Program-made: the position numbers and the translations under genes | Shown: one piece after another, positions 25,013 through 37,110 of the stretch | How positions within the stretch are numbered: the first letter of the stretch is position 1 | Layout of the letters: each line of letters starts with the position of its first letter | Source of the DNA: Podarcis erhardii | Lineage: Eukaryota | Direction: 5' to 3' (one strand) | Length of the DNA: 64,000 nt | Assembly: GCA_964252035.1 (NCBI GenBank) | Contig: OZ176216.1 | Notes under the pieces: model-generated | The model's database searches: none | The model's input: the letters and a program-made list of their open reading frames with translations, nothing else | Told to the model about the DNA's origin: nothing

Positions 25013-27409
25013 GACTGACTTCAACCCACTGTAAAAAGCAAGCCTTCTTTTTTTTAGACCATGATGGTTCATTGATTTCTTGTGGCAAGCAGCAAGAGAT
25101 ATTTTTGAGGAACGATGTTACCAGTTTAATTTGCGAAGAAGTGCTTGGAACGTTTCAGTCGTTTGTGTTAACAAATACTTGTTTGTTCAAGTGTTCAGTG
25201 CCACATAGAGTTTCAGAGCTCTAATGTGTGATTAGTGACTTGCTACAGAAGGCTGGCCTTGGCTTCTCCTCCTCCTCCAGTTTTTGATTGCGACCCAAAT
25301 CATCAGACAGCCTTCATTGTTCTCCCAACATTACAGATTTCTCATGCATCACGCCTTGCGGCTTCCTTCCTTTTTGGTTTGTCCAGTTTAGCCGAAAGAA
25401 AGGGGAAATTGCAGCTGACAGTGGTATAAAATTGAGGGATATGGTTGGATAAAGAATTTTCAAAAACAGCCAGCAATAAATCTAGAAGAATATTTCAGGT
25501 CAGCAGCAGAGAGAACCAACAATTATGTGCATGAGGGGTTTTCCCCACCTGTTCTCTCTTCTGCACCCCTTTCCCCTCCCCTACAACTTCCCACTACCAG
25601 CGAAGCCCCCAGCAGTGCATCATTTCCACAGTGGGAAGTGTTGAAGCCGCCCATTTGCTCCTGGGAGGCAAAGGGACATGGGGACGGAGGTAAAAGCAGT
25701 ATGTTTTCAGTGAGAGTTAGGGCTCCGTCTTGCCCAAAATTTCTTGCAAGGGGACACAAGAAGACACACGCCCCAAACCAAACTAAGAGCCCATTTACGC
25801 CAGCCAACCAGTTATCTCCTCTGGGAAGCCCATAAGCAGAACTTAAAGGCATTGGCCTTCTCAACAGTAGCCAGGTAGACTCTTGGAGAAGCCCTCAAGT
25901 GAGGCATGAAGACAATAGCCCTTTTGTGCTATCCACATGTGCCCCTGTTGGTCATTGATAGGAGGAGAAGGGAGAGGTCGTCTCTTCCAGGATAAAATGG
26001 GAGTCTTTGCCTGGTCACCCAAAGGTAATTCTTCCTAGGCACAAGTGACCTGGAAAATGGCTACATGGATGCTGAATAATGTGGGCAGCCTGTTCCCCTG
26101 TCCCTTTAAGGGGACATGGGTCTATCCGTATAATTAAACTTATATCGTTGTTTTATTATTGCATTTTTAATTATTGTTGCAAGCTGCCTTGGGGCACAAA
26201 GTCAAGCTGAATGTATTTCAATAACTGAATAATATAATTTGACCAGGCCTGGTGTCTATGGGATGAAACCTCCAGCCTGTCTCGGCTCCTCACACCAACC
26301 TCCAGTAGGGGGCAGGCTTAGTCAGGAACTTCACATGCTCAGCCCCAGCGCTCCATGGGTAAATATCTCATTGAGCTCCAGTTTAAAGAACCTACTGATG
26401 GTTCCAGCATTGGTTGGGCTGCTGGCAACTGTGGTTGGGGCATTCTTTGTGTTGCTCTCCAGATAATGGAACCAGCTGCCCAGTGAGATCAGCTAAATTA
26501 TTCAGGATCTGGACCCTTGAAACACTGGCCCGGTGCATGTTCTGATGTTCCTTTTTTATTTTAATGTTCTTCATCTCTGTAATTTACACCCCTGGCTTCT
26601 GCGCACAATGCATTCAAGGTGTCAGAGTTTAAGGCACCTAATCATTTTTATTATTATTATTAGCAGCAATTTGATCTCTTTGCCCACCATTCCTTTTGTG
26701 ATTTTATTTGTGTTTTGCTTTGTTTCTTTGTTCTCTGCCTTGAGGATTTTCTATCGTAGATTCTCTTAATTACAATTATGAAGAGTGTCAACTTTGGGGG
26801 CTGGGCATTAAAAGGCCTTGCGCAAAGCTCAATGAAGGCCTGTCTCCTCTTGGAGGTGGGGATTTTGGAGAGAGGCAATTGGTTGCTAATGATGTGTGCT
26901 CCCTCTCCTTAAGCAGGGCTGTGTAAATCCCATGGAGCAGGCAAGGCTGTAAATCTAAATAAATGATGCCCAATTCCTGGCTCGTCAGGAGGAGGCTGTG
27001 CTTCAAACGGGGGTCTAGCTTGATCCCTTTCCATGTGGCTACACATGTTTTACATCCCATTAGTCATTCATTGCACTGTTTCAGTTGAGTTGTTAGACTG
27101 AAGGAGTTCACTGATTATCCAACATTACTACAGGCTTTTGTTAACTAATTCTCCTCCCTTGGGACAACCGTAATTGTGTATCAGGCTGGAATCATAAGCC
27201 AGTTAAAAATGGATTTCTGCTGAACTCCTTGCTCGTAGCAGTGTTTCGATTAAAAATGTAATCAGCCTTCAGCTAATATGATAAAATTGGTAGAAGTGCT
27301 GCAAGACTAACTGATGGAATTACATCAAATGCATTCAAACAGTTGCATTTTTTGCTGCTTTTTTAGTGATCTGTTTCTTAATGGGTGTGTTTTTGCTTTT
27401 ATCTTCCAG

Positions 27410-27457
27410 GACCTGCGCAAACAGGTAGCTCCACTACTGAAAAGTTTCCAGGGCGAG
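27410..27457 (+). CDS. CUX1: CUX1 coding exon (human exon 3 equivalent), 48 nt, phase 0-0: DLRKQVAPLLKSFQGE
   Basis: Acceptor ttttatcttccag, donor GAG|gtaagt, peptide identical to recalled human CUX1. Confidence 0.97.
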
Positions 27458-27813
27458 GTAAGTGTTTGTGCTTTTTATTCTCATGTCCTTTATTTCAAGG
27501 TGGTGTGTGTTGCCTTTAAGGACTGGGATTCCCTCTTATGAGAGCATAATTTAATTTGTATTACATTAATGAGGATTACCTTTGAGCACAATCGTATTTT
27601 TTTCTTTGTATCTCTAAAGAAGTGATTGAAACACACAATCAGAAGTGGGCAACCTTTTTTCTCATTGGAAGGCCACAATGGGGTGGGAGTAGTTTGTCCC
27701 AGAGCCCGGATGTTGCTGGTGGGAGGAATCAGAGCTGTTGATTCCTAACTCATTAATTTGCTTCTATTTCAAGACTGCTTTTCAAGTTTATATTTCACAA
27801 ACTGGCATATTGC

Positions 27814-27893
<80 letters not shown>
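27814..27893. repeat. Compound (AGT)n(AAT)n microsatellite
   Basis: Directly visible. Confidence 0.95.
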
Positions 27894-28504
27894 GGACAAC
27901 TCCCCCACCAACTCATTAAACCAAATCAGCAATAAGAGTGAAATACATCAAAACCAGGAGGAGATGGTAAAACATTTTCCGTAAAAAAAATCTTCATAAA
28001 CAGCTTAGCCTATTTTATTTTTATTTTTGAAATTGTACTGCTAAAAGAGCCAGAGTTGCAGATTTGATTAGTTTCCCTTTGAAGGGGGTGGTAGCTACAC
28101 CCAGGATGGTCCACACTGTTCCCTGACATAGTGATCCCAACTTCCCCTAGCAGTGGATACCAAGAGCCAGCCCCATAGTGTATAATTTGACATTAGGGGC
28201 TGCTGTTCATAGGAAGTGGGTAAGGGGTCCAAAAATCACATAGGTGTGCCCTGTAAATAAGCAGCATCTGCTCTCATGCAGCACAATATTTGGTGTATTC
28301 TGCTCTCTTTAAGTTTAGAGTTAAGACAGGGAGACAAGCATCACACGTTTTCATTGAGGAGACATTTGGAAAATTGTGGAACTCTTTACAGATATGGCAC
28401 ACCTACCACCCGTTTCCCTTGAAGAAGAGCTCGATTGAAACACCCTGACTGCATGTTATTGTTGTCGTCTATTTATTGGTTGGTTGGTTGGTTGGTTGGT
28501 TTGC

Positions 28505-28872
28505 TTGCATGCTTTAAGTAATCCTACTGTTCCTCCAAGGAGCGCAGGGCATCATGTTCCCCACCCCCATGTTATCCTCACAACAGCCCTGTAAGGTAGG
28601 TTAGCCTTGGAACAATTCCCACAAGTTGTATTGACTATATGCTACCAATCACTGGGTGGCAAGGGCAGGAGGGGGCTATTACACTCATGTCCTGCACGTG
28701 GTCTTCCCAGTGGCATCGGATTGGCAAGTGAGGGAGTGAGAAATCTGGACCGACTGGGCCTAAGGTCTGATTTGAACCCAGCTCTTCTTATATTCACCTA
28801 GTGAACTTCATAGCTGTGTAGCGGTTTGAATTCATGACATCCTAGTCGCGCACTCTAACCACACCACCTTGG
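28505..28872 (-). mobile_element. tRNA-derived squamate SINE (Squam3/CORE-like), degenerate
   Basis: ttcctccaaggagc...ttatcctcacaacagccctgtaaggtaggttag tail and ctagtcgcgcactctaaccacaccac head; same family as 56671; preceded by (GGTT)n. Confidence 0.6.
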
Positions 28873-29059
28873 CTAGAGGGCTATCGTTGAATTTTATCCC
28901 TGCACTGTTCAATACGGTTAGCCTCTTTTTAATATCAAGATCTATACTTCCGCCAATTTCTGAAAACAAATAAGAGGGAAGCTCAACTCTCCATGCATAC
29001 GATTGAATTTCACAGTTCAAAAGGAACGCAGTCGGAACACAATTCAGAAAGGTTTCCGG

Positions 29060-29222
29060 TGGGATTGGCCCTTTATATAAGCTGATGACTGCTGCTTTTT
29101 GAAGCTTCCTGGGCTAGACTGACTGTTCTGAGACAGAGAAAGAAATGTGAATATTAGAAAAGGGGGCATCTAAACCTGATTCTGTGATGTCACTAAGCAG
29201 CTATTTTTAAGACTGGGTAAGG
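29060..29222 (+). promoter_or_regulatory. Candidate intronic promoter/enhancer: ATTGG, TATATAA, TGATGTCA, MEF2-type CTATTTTTAA, followed by donor TGG|GTAAGG
   Basis: Motifs seen directly; function inferred only. Confidence 0.3.
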
Positions 29223-29912
29223 ATTTCCTGAGGTCATCCGTATTCTTTTCATGTGGCATAGCAGGGCTGTCCAAGAGCAACAGAGGAGTTCCTAATCCGG
29301 AGCCTGCTGGAGGGCAGATATTCTGAAATAACGTGGCCAGCTGTGCATTTTCTGTGCCGGCCGTTCTTGAGTTCTCATTTGATAAGGCAAGGGGATTTTA
29401 AAGGTAAACCCATTCAGTCATTTTTAATGTGGAGGCACAAAGTGAAAATGTTAGGACATGAATGGGTGGCACCCACTAATTAACTTAGTTTCTCTGAGTG
29501 GGTTCCATGGTGCCAAATCAGCCAGTAAGGCACACCAAAACAATAGGTGCTCATGGATGCAGCTGTGTATACTAAATTTTATATTTATATTTTATATATT
29601 TAGCCATTGTTAAATTGGGCTGGGGGCCAGGCAGAGAGGGAGCAGCCTCTGTTGTTTCAAAATATTTCAGCAGCAGATGGTGTAACAGTGTGTGCTCTTG
29701 CCTTCCTCTCTCCAGCCCTCCTTACAGGTTCTGAAAGTCCACAGTCTCGCATAATCCCAGTTACCAAGCATTAATGAGCACAGCCCTTTGTTTAAGTCCA
29801 TTTCCTGCTTGTTACAGATCACACAGTTTACCCATTTAGAACCAGACTATGCTGGATTACCTGGTGAATGTCATTATTTATAGGGCATGAATGCTCTATC
29901 AAAAACCTACTT

Positions 29913-29946
29913 CTGGAAAAGAGTTCTGTGCAACCCAAAAGCTTGT
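29913..29946 (+). mobile_element. Penelope-type degenerate hammerhead relic
   Basis: ctggaaaa-gagtt-ctgtgc-aaccc-aaaa-gcttgt has the layout CUGANGA-stemII-GAAA-GCUU with a mutated core. Confidence 0.35.
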
Positions 29947-32159
29947 TGAATGTCAAATACTCCAGCGAAAGCATCACCTCCCTTGCTTTCTTTCATAGCA
30001 TTACCTGCTTTATTTAGTGCCCCCATCCCGCTGCCAAGATCCCTTGCGCTGAACTTTGCAAACCTAATTAATCCAATTTCTTTACTTTAGACTTGCTCCA
30101 TGATGGCTCAATTAGAGCAGCATCTGAACTGTGGTTCAATATCCAGGCCAGCTTTTGTAATTGGAACCACATTTTCCTTCTGAGGAGCTGCAGCTGGTTT
30201 GGTTCTGCTCATGCAGAAAAAGGATATAACCTTGCATAACATAGGAAATGAACGGTTGAGAGAGAAGCCAAATTCAATTTCAGTCAGATATTTTGAGGAT
30301 AAGTCCATGATCTATGGAAGCAGGGGAATGAAAAGTGTGTGTTCTGTGGAAAGCAGTGTCTTCAGCAGTCTATTAATCATGGCCAGTCTGGGCGCTTCTT
30401 GTTCTGTTGCATTAGCACCGATTTTCGAGGAGAGAGGCTGGCGAGCAGCCAGGTGCTCCAGAAGTTAACCTCTTCAAGACCCAAAGCTGCTTTGCTGTCG
30501 AATAAATGCAGTGTTGCGGTCAGAAACAATGTAATGGGGGGGGGGGACACACCAGATCGCTCCCAGAAGCGATCGTTGAGCAAAGCTATTACAAATTGCT
30601 CCAGATCGTGGAAGTCATGTGTCGAAATCTACAGCTTTTTGTTTCATTGATTGAGGCTCCGAAAGTTGCAGCCTTTTGATTAAAAGGTTTTACTCAGCCA
30701 TTGTGATAAAACCCAAACAATCTGGAGCAAATCTAATATGTCCTCCAGGATAATTGATACCCTTTAATTTCCTCCCTGCGGCAGCAGCAACTTGTGTGTT
30801 GTGGATGGCCAGGGAAGGAGCCTCCCTCTTGTCTCTGGCATTGGATCAGCTGTAGGTTGTAAGGACTCTGCTCCAAGGAGGGAGGCAAAGTGAACAGGGG
30901 GATAAGGGGGCATGAGAAAAGCAAAGTGCCTTGATGAGATGGGAGGGGGAGGGTGGCAGTGGCAGTGATGGGCTTGGGCTACAGAAGATTTGATGGGTGC
31001 AACTTGGATTTTAGGGGTAGGAAAGGAGTACAGAGTGATTATTCTGGTTTTTCTGGTTTTTGGGGGGTCAGGCATTGATGTATAAAGAGTTCACATGATT
31101 TCATTTGGGTGAAAGGGTTGAAAAAAGCCAGTATTTTCCCTCATCCCCCCCCATCCCTTTTAAAAGAGACTTAAAGTCAAATTGCAGGTTACTGTGTCCT
31201 GAAAAGAACTTGTTTTCTTTGTGATTTTTCAAGCACACTGACTGGCAGTTTTGATGCATTTGGGGCATGTCAGAAGACTGCTGCCTAATCTGTTTCCCCA
31301 ATCAGTTTGCGGGCGACACCTTCCACTCCAAAAACCTCTCTGTGAATTGACTGTTGGCTTCACAGAGAGGTCTCGGAAATACCCAGCTGACCTGGAGTTC
31401 TTCCTCTCGAAAGTATCTGACTGGTGCTGTGTGCAAAGGGTGGATAGCGTGCCCCTCTGCACCTTCTCTGCAGAATTGGTCTGCCCAGAGTGGACAGAGC
31501 CAAGGAGCTGCTTCACTCAAGCCAGCGGCGGCTGTGAGCCAGTGACATGGGTACCTCGTGCCATGCCAACCAAATCATTGTGGGCCATGTGATTCCCCTT
31601 TGAAGGCGGTGAGCAACTCTGAGGTGAAACTGACAGGAGTTACTCATATCCTGAAAGGAGGGCGAAGCTGGGCAGTGGCGGTAGAGTCAGCAAGTGTGAA
31701 AACCTTGAAGTTTGGTGGTGGAGTGCCAAAGAGGCTTGGCTGTCCTAGAGGTGGAAGAATGGCACGTTTCTCCTTTCCGTACCAGAGAGGAGGCATCCTG
31801 CCTCAGCCAACTGGCTCCCCTCTGAAACATAGCATTTGCAAAATGGTGTAGACCCGTGGTAGGTTGTTCTGGCAACAGTAGGCATGTGCCTACCTTGTAG
31901 ACCCTAGGTACTGAATTTGGGGGGCGGGGGCTTCCAGAATGTTGCGAAGTGGCAGTGATGACAGCAAAAAGCAAATCCTTAAAATGAAAAAAGAAAAGAA
32001 AAGAATAACATGGATCTCCTTTAAAACTCCTTCTTTAAGCTTGCAAATGGTTAAGTGTTTGAGAAGACTGGAACTCTTTAGTCAGGTGCCTTGCAGATAG
32101 ACAAATTGAAAGATTTGGCTAGTGCCAAGTACTGAGTTTTGATTGGGCTCAGGTTGGGG

Positions 32160-32420
32160 ACCACATGGCTCCATTTTTATGCCAGTTTCACTGGACTCTG
32201 TTGTATTTCCAAACCCTAAATGGTTTAGGATCAGAATACCTAAATGACCCTCCCAGCCTACCCTTTTCTGTAATTAGGGGAGGACCTGCTCAGTTTCCAG
32301 TGCCATCTGTGGTTCATTTGGTGGGTATGCAGGATATGACCTTCTCTGTAGTGGTAGCCAACTTATAGCTTGCATCCCCCGTTTTTTAAAACTGCCTGGA
32401 AATTAGCTATAGTCTTTTGT
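32160..32420 (+). mobile_element. L2 LINE ORF2 C-terminal fragment
   Basis: APFLCQFHW...LNGLGSEYLND resembles L2 TPIL..LHWLP...LNGLGP.YL.D; cttctctgtagtggtagcc also matches L2. Confidence 0.55.
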
Positions 32421-33699
32421 GTGTTAATTTTCAATCCAGAGAAGACGATTTGGTAGAAAGTTGCTGTCTTTTTCCTTTTTGCTGAGATAAATAAAGCAAA
32501 CGCTGCAGCCTATTAGTTCATGATGTAGGTTTCGCTGTTGGCATTAAAAGCAAAAAGGTGCATTTATTGATCTTGGCGCAGCCGATATTGTACCTGTCCA
32601 GTAAGTGCTACATAATGGTTTAGAGCATGCATTGTTTATCATGGGGCTGTTAGGATGTATCGCTTCCTAAGCTGACATGTTAATGGCTTGGTTGAGAGGC
32701 AGGCCTGGTTCTGAAGCAACAACTGTGTCACTGCTCTCTATTAATCTTGCTTCTTGGGCCACAGCTCCCGCATTGCTTGCTGGGTTTGCTTGCTCGATTG
32801 TGCAGGGTGGTGCAGGTTGAAAAAGATGGGCAAAGTGACCGCTTGGAGCTTCATGGGGTGCTACAGGGCAGTTTCACAACTGCTTGCAATTGCTGCTTTT
32901 ATCAGTCAATCAATCAGTTGCCCACCCTTCACCCTAAGGTCCCAGTTTGCCGGGAAGGCACCTGTGTCATTTTGTCTGCCAGACCCAGAATAGGCAATGT
33001 GTGCTGTGAGGGCAATGTTAAGACATGGATATGCACAAAACACATCAGTCTCTAAAGGTCTTCTGGTCCACAGAGCACAAGAAGTTGAACCTGAGAAAGG
33101 ATGAAGGGGCCAGGGACATGGGGAGGGTTTGAGTTGACTTGAGATAAGGCCTAAAGCTAGGAGACCAATCTGGGTTGGATGAGATTGAGAAGATGGTCAG
33201 CAGAGAGGCCTAGGAAGCAATTAGGTCTGTGGGATATTTTGGACTAGGGTGCTCTGCTTTTTCCTACATACTGATCCACCAGTCTCATGTGCAAAGCAAT
33301 TTTTGAGAGGAATTACCCAACCTGGATAGTATATTGCAAATAGCCTTATTTCCTGTCAAGCCACTGCAAGTCATGATAAATGAGACTGTAAACAGAATAA
33401 AAATGACGTCTCTTAGAATTCTAGAGCAGAGTGAAATAAACCCTTAAACTGGTACATTGCATGGATTCTGTGCTTGCTGACACCTTTTAACCAGATGTGC
33501 TTTCTCTGTTAATGAGAGAATGAATGTTGAAATTACAAAAATGCTTCCGTGCCAACCACTTTGCTGTGGCTTCTTTGGAAAAAGCAGGAGGCATCAAGGT
33601 AGCCCATCTCCCCAAATATAGAAGGAAACAATGATTATGATAGCAATGGTGCTGATACTATTGACACCAATAGAATTATTATTAATAAATAATTCTTAG

Positions 33700-33880
33700 C
33701 ATTGTATAGCATCTTCATGTGTTGAAAGCTCTTCACATTCATTATCATGCTGTGGTGTGAACTAAAGTCCTGTAAGCGAGGTCAGTATTATACCCATATT
33801 ACATATGGGAGAGTTGAGATTGAGAAAGAGAGAGAGAGAGTAGCTTGCTTAAGACTACCTAGTAGTTTATGCCAGAGGGG
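33700..33880 (-). mobile_element. Old MIR/CORE-like SINE fragment
   Basis: cctgtaagcgaggtcagtattatacccatattacatatgggagagttgagatt...gcttgcttaag. Confidence 0.35.
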
Positions 33881-34601
33881 AGATTCATTAGCAACAACAA
33901 AATTCGCACATAGGATAGCTATAGCAACGGATGTGTGCGCACGCAGAATAGTTATTTGTTCTATTGTTACTTGATGCATGGCATTCCTCAACCTCTGCCA
34001 TAACTGTTGCTGGCTTAAAAATGACAAACATATGTACTACTGAAGATATTTTTTATTCTGTACCTAGATATTATTCTTGAAAATGAATAAAAAATATGCC
34101 CAAAAAAGGAATAGCCACAATAACGACGGTTTACCTGCACCTCTAAATCTAAGAAGTGCATTCAGCCTGCAAATGTCAGGACTTTCATCCCCAGTGGGTC
34201 TAGGACTGGTGACACAATGTTTGAGATGTCAGTGCATTGCTCTGGCCAAGGAGGAGGAACTGTAGGAGGAGCAGCCAAGCAAGTCACAGCAGCCACAGGC
34301 CACTCTGCAGGGTGTCTATGAGTCAGGCTTGCTGGACAGTCTGAGATACTAGGAATGCCTATTCCTTGCTGCCTCTTCTTGCTGCCTCCTCACTCTACCC
34401 TCCTCTTTGCAGGAACCAGATCTGGCTGTAAAAGGCTGGTAGTAAAAAATAAAAATCTGATGCCCACACTAAGGAACTGGAAATGTTTTTTCCAATCCTG
34501 CTGTTCTCATGTGGAGCTCTGACCTTCTAGCTTTAAAGGAGACATGAACTGGCATCCCCAGAAATGTTTATGAAGTCATAAATTTACCCTTGCTTGTGTA
34601 A

Positions 34602-34781
<180 letters not shown>

Positions 34782-35134
34782 TGATGTCTGGAGTTTCATG
34801 TCCTGGCGGGCATTTTCTCCTTTGCCTGTCAGTTGGCTGTGTATTTGAGAAGTATTTCACCAATCAATACGCTGCAATACTTTCTAATGGGAAGAAATCG
34901 TAAGTGAGGTTTACTGGCTAGCATTTCAGGGAATGATCTGGGATTAACTGTTTATTTGTTTAGAGCACTTGTCTTCAGCTGCTGGATCAGGACAACCTAG
35001 TGTGTTGCAGCCTGATCCAAGGTGGGTCGCAACAAGACCCCTATGACCATACAAATAAATGGGTTAAAAAAAATAAGAAATGGGTCCCCAATGGCATGTT
35101 TTGGTTAAAAGTGGGTCCTTGGTGTGAAAATATT

Positions 35135-35700
35135 GAAGATAACCTGATTCAGAGAATTTATAGCCCACTCTTGATTACAAAATAACCCCAGGGCGGGTTA
35201 CAATACAAAAAATAGATACACAATAAAGCTAGTTACATAAAACTCAAATTCATCGTTGCATAAAGTTGTTTGACAAGCCAGAAAGGGGAGACTGCTCAAC
35301 TCCACAGCCAGTTCAGCCAAAGGCCTGGGTGAATAAATGGGTTCTTAAATGGTCCTAAAAACACATCACGTTTGGTGGCAGTAGAATCTGTGATAGCAAT
35401 ACATTCCACAGGTGGTTGCAGGTACTGAGTATGTTCTCACATGTTGCCAAATAGCACACACATGGCAAATTTCTAAGTCATTGTGTACATGGGAGCAGGC
35501 AGGCAGCCCCTCACATCTCAAAATTCTGGGTCTTGTATGGGAGGTGCTGCATTGGACACAGCAACTAGATACAGCTGTGTCCAAGGTGCTACAGAGCTGA
35601 GTGACTTTATCATCCAAGTGCCATTCAAACAGTGTGCAGCATGTTACCCGGTGCGCCAAGGCCCACTTCGGGTATGATTAGCTTCTGAACCACCTGGAAT
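35135..35700 (-). mobile_element. L2 LINE 3' fragment
   Basis: ccccagggcgggttacaat tail and aaaggcctgggtgaataaatgggttctt match reversed L2 3' region. Confidence 0.45.
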
Positions 35701-35944
35701 ACACCCCCCCCATGGCTCATTGAAGATGCAATGTGGGTGCCAAAGTGCTGCTCCTTCATCATCTACAACTCCTTGGTAAACTAAAGGGCACTATGGACCG
35801 TGCAGCATTGGAGAGGACCCTTAGGAACAACTGTGTCTTCATCTTGCCATCCCATGGTGAGACCAGGACTGTTTCAATACCAGGCTGTTTCTGAAAGCTA
35901 TGTTGGATGTGGATGGTCTGCTTGCATGGCCATGTTGCCTCTTA

Positions 35945-36260
35945 TTTGTTTCATTTATTTTTATATACAGCAAAATATTTCAAAAACTTCTAAGTGGTGT
36001 ACTGTCTTAAAAAAAACAACCCAAATGATATGTGATTAAAATAAAAACACAACCTAAAACAAATGGGACAGCAGTATAAAAAAAACCAGAAAAGCATCTA
36101 AAAGAGGAATAAATCATATTCAAACACATAAACATGGTCCAGTTTTATGGGTCAGGAAAAGCCTGGGCAAATATAAGGCAGACTGGAAACTTTGTCGGAA
36201 ACGATGCACACCAAATGTATGCTGCAACCATCAGCCATGTGCTTCCTCTGAGCTTGCTCT
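35945..36260 (-). mobile_element. L2 LINE 3' fragment
   Basis: tttatttgtttcattt tail, then aaagcctgggcaaatata. Confidence 0.4.
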
Positions 36261-37000
36261 CCAAGCTCAAAAATTGATATGATTGGGAAATGTATTGTGA
36301 GTAATGAGGACTGATTCTATTACATGGTTGTCTATAATTATAAAGCAAGATTTTCCCTCTCTGTGTGTGTGTTTGGCTTTTATTCCTAGCATTCTGATTT
36401 CCAGGCTCTCCTATTTTTTTTCTTTTTCTCTTTTCATTATCATACCCATAGTTTATAAAAGGCTTTTTAGGCCACTCTGTTTATTCTTGTAAATTCTGCT
36501 TATATCTATAGCTAAAATTAGTAGCGTAGCAATGTAAAAGAGCTGGTTCTTGGTATTCAGCAATCTACACTCCATGGTTTCAAAGCTTTGATTTGAATGC
36601 TGGGAGAATTCCTTAACCAGGAAGCAGTGGTTAGGGGCTTTTGCCTGGATGATGCTGAAGGGCATTCCTAAAATATGGGGCAGCACCTTCCTCTGGTTGG
36701 ATTAGTCAGCTTCCTGCCAGTCTTTTGCCTCCTCACCAGCAGGAGGAGGCAAACTCGCTTTCTAGACTGACTGGTAGAGCAAGGACAGCTCCTCTATCCC
36801 ATAATAAGGCTCAGGAAACAGCTGCAGCTAGAATATGCCCTACGTGAAAACTGATTGCAGTCTTGACAAACTGGGTTAACAGAGAAAACGCATCCAATGT
36901 ACACAATCATAAACCAAAGAATTATATGTAATGAGCCTAAGCCCAGACTTTGGAGTGATTCTGGGCCTACACAGATTGAATTGTACACATGTGCACCTTT

Positions 37001-37110
37001 AGGAATGTTAGAACATGGAAGTCCGTCTCATGCCAAATCAGACTCATCTGGCCCGGTATTGTCTATTCTGACTGGCAGCAGCTCTCCAGGGTTTCAGAAA
37101 GTAACCCTTC
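37001..37110 (-). mobile_element. CR1-type tail of a tRNA-derived SINE
   Basis: ggtattgtctattctgactggcagcagctctccagggtttcag. Confidence 0.65.
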
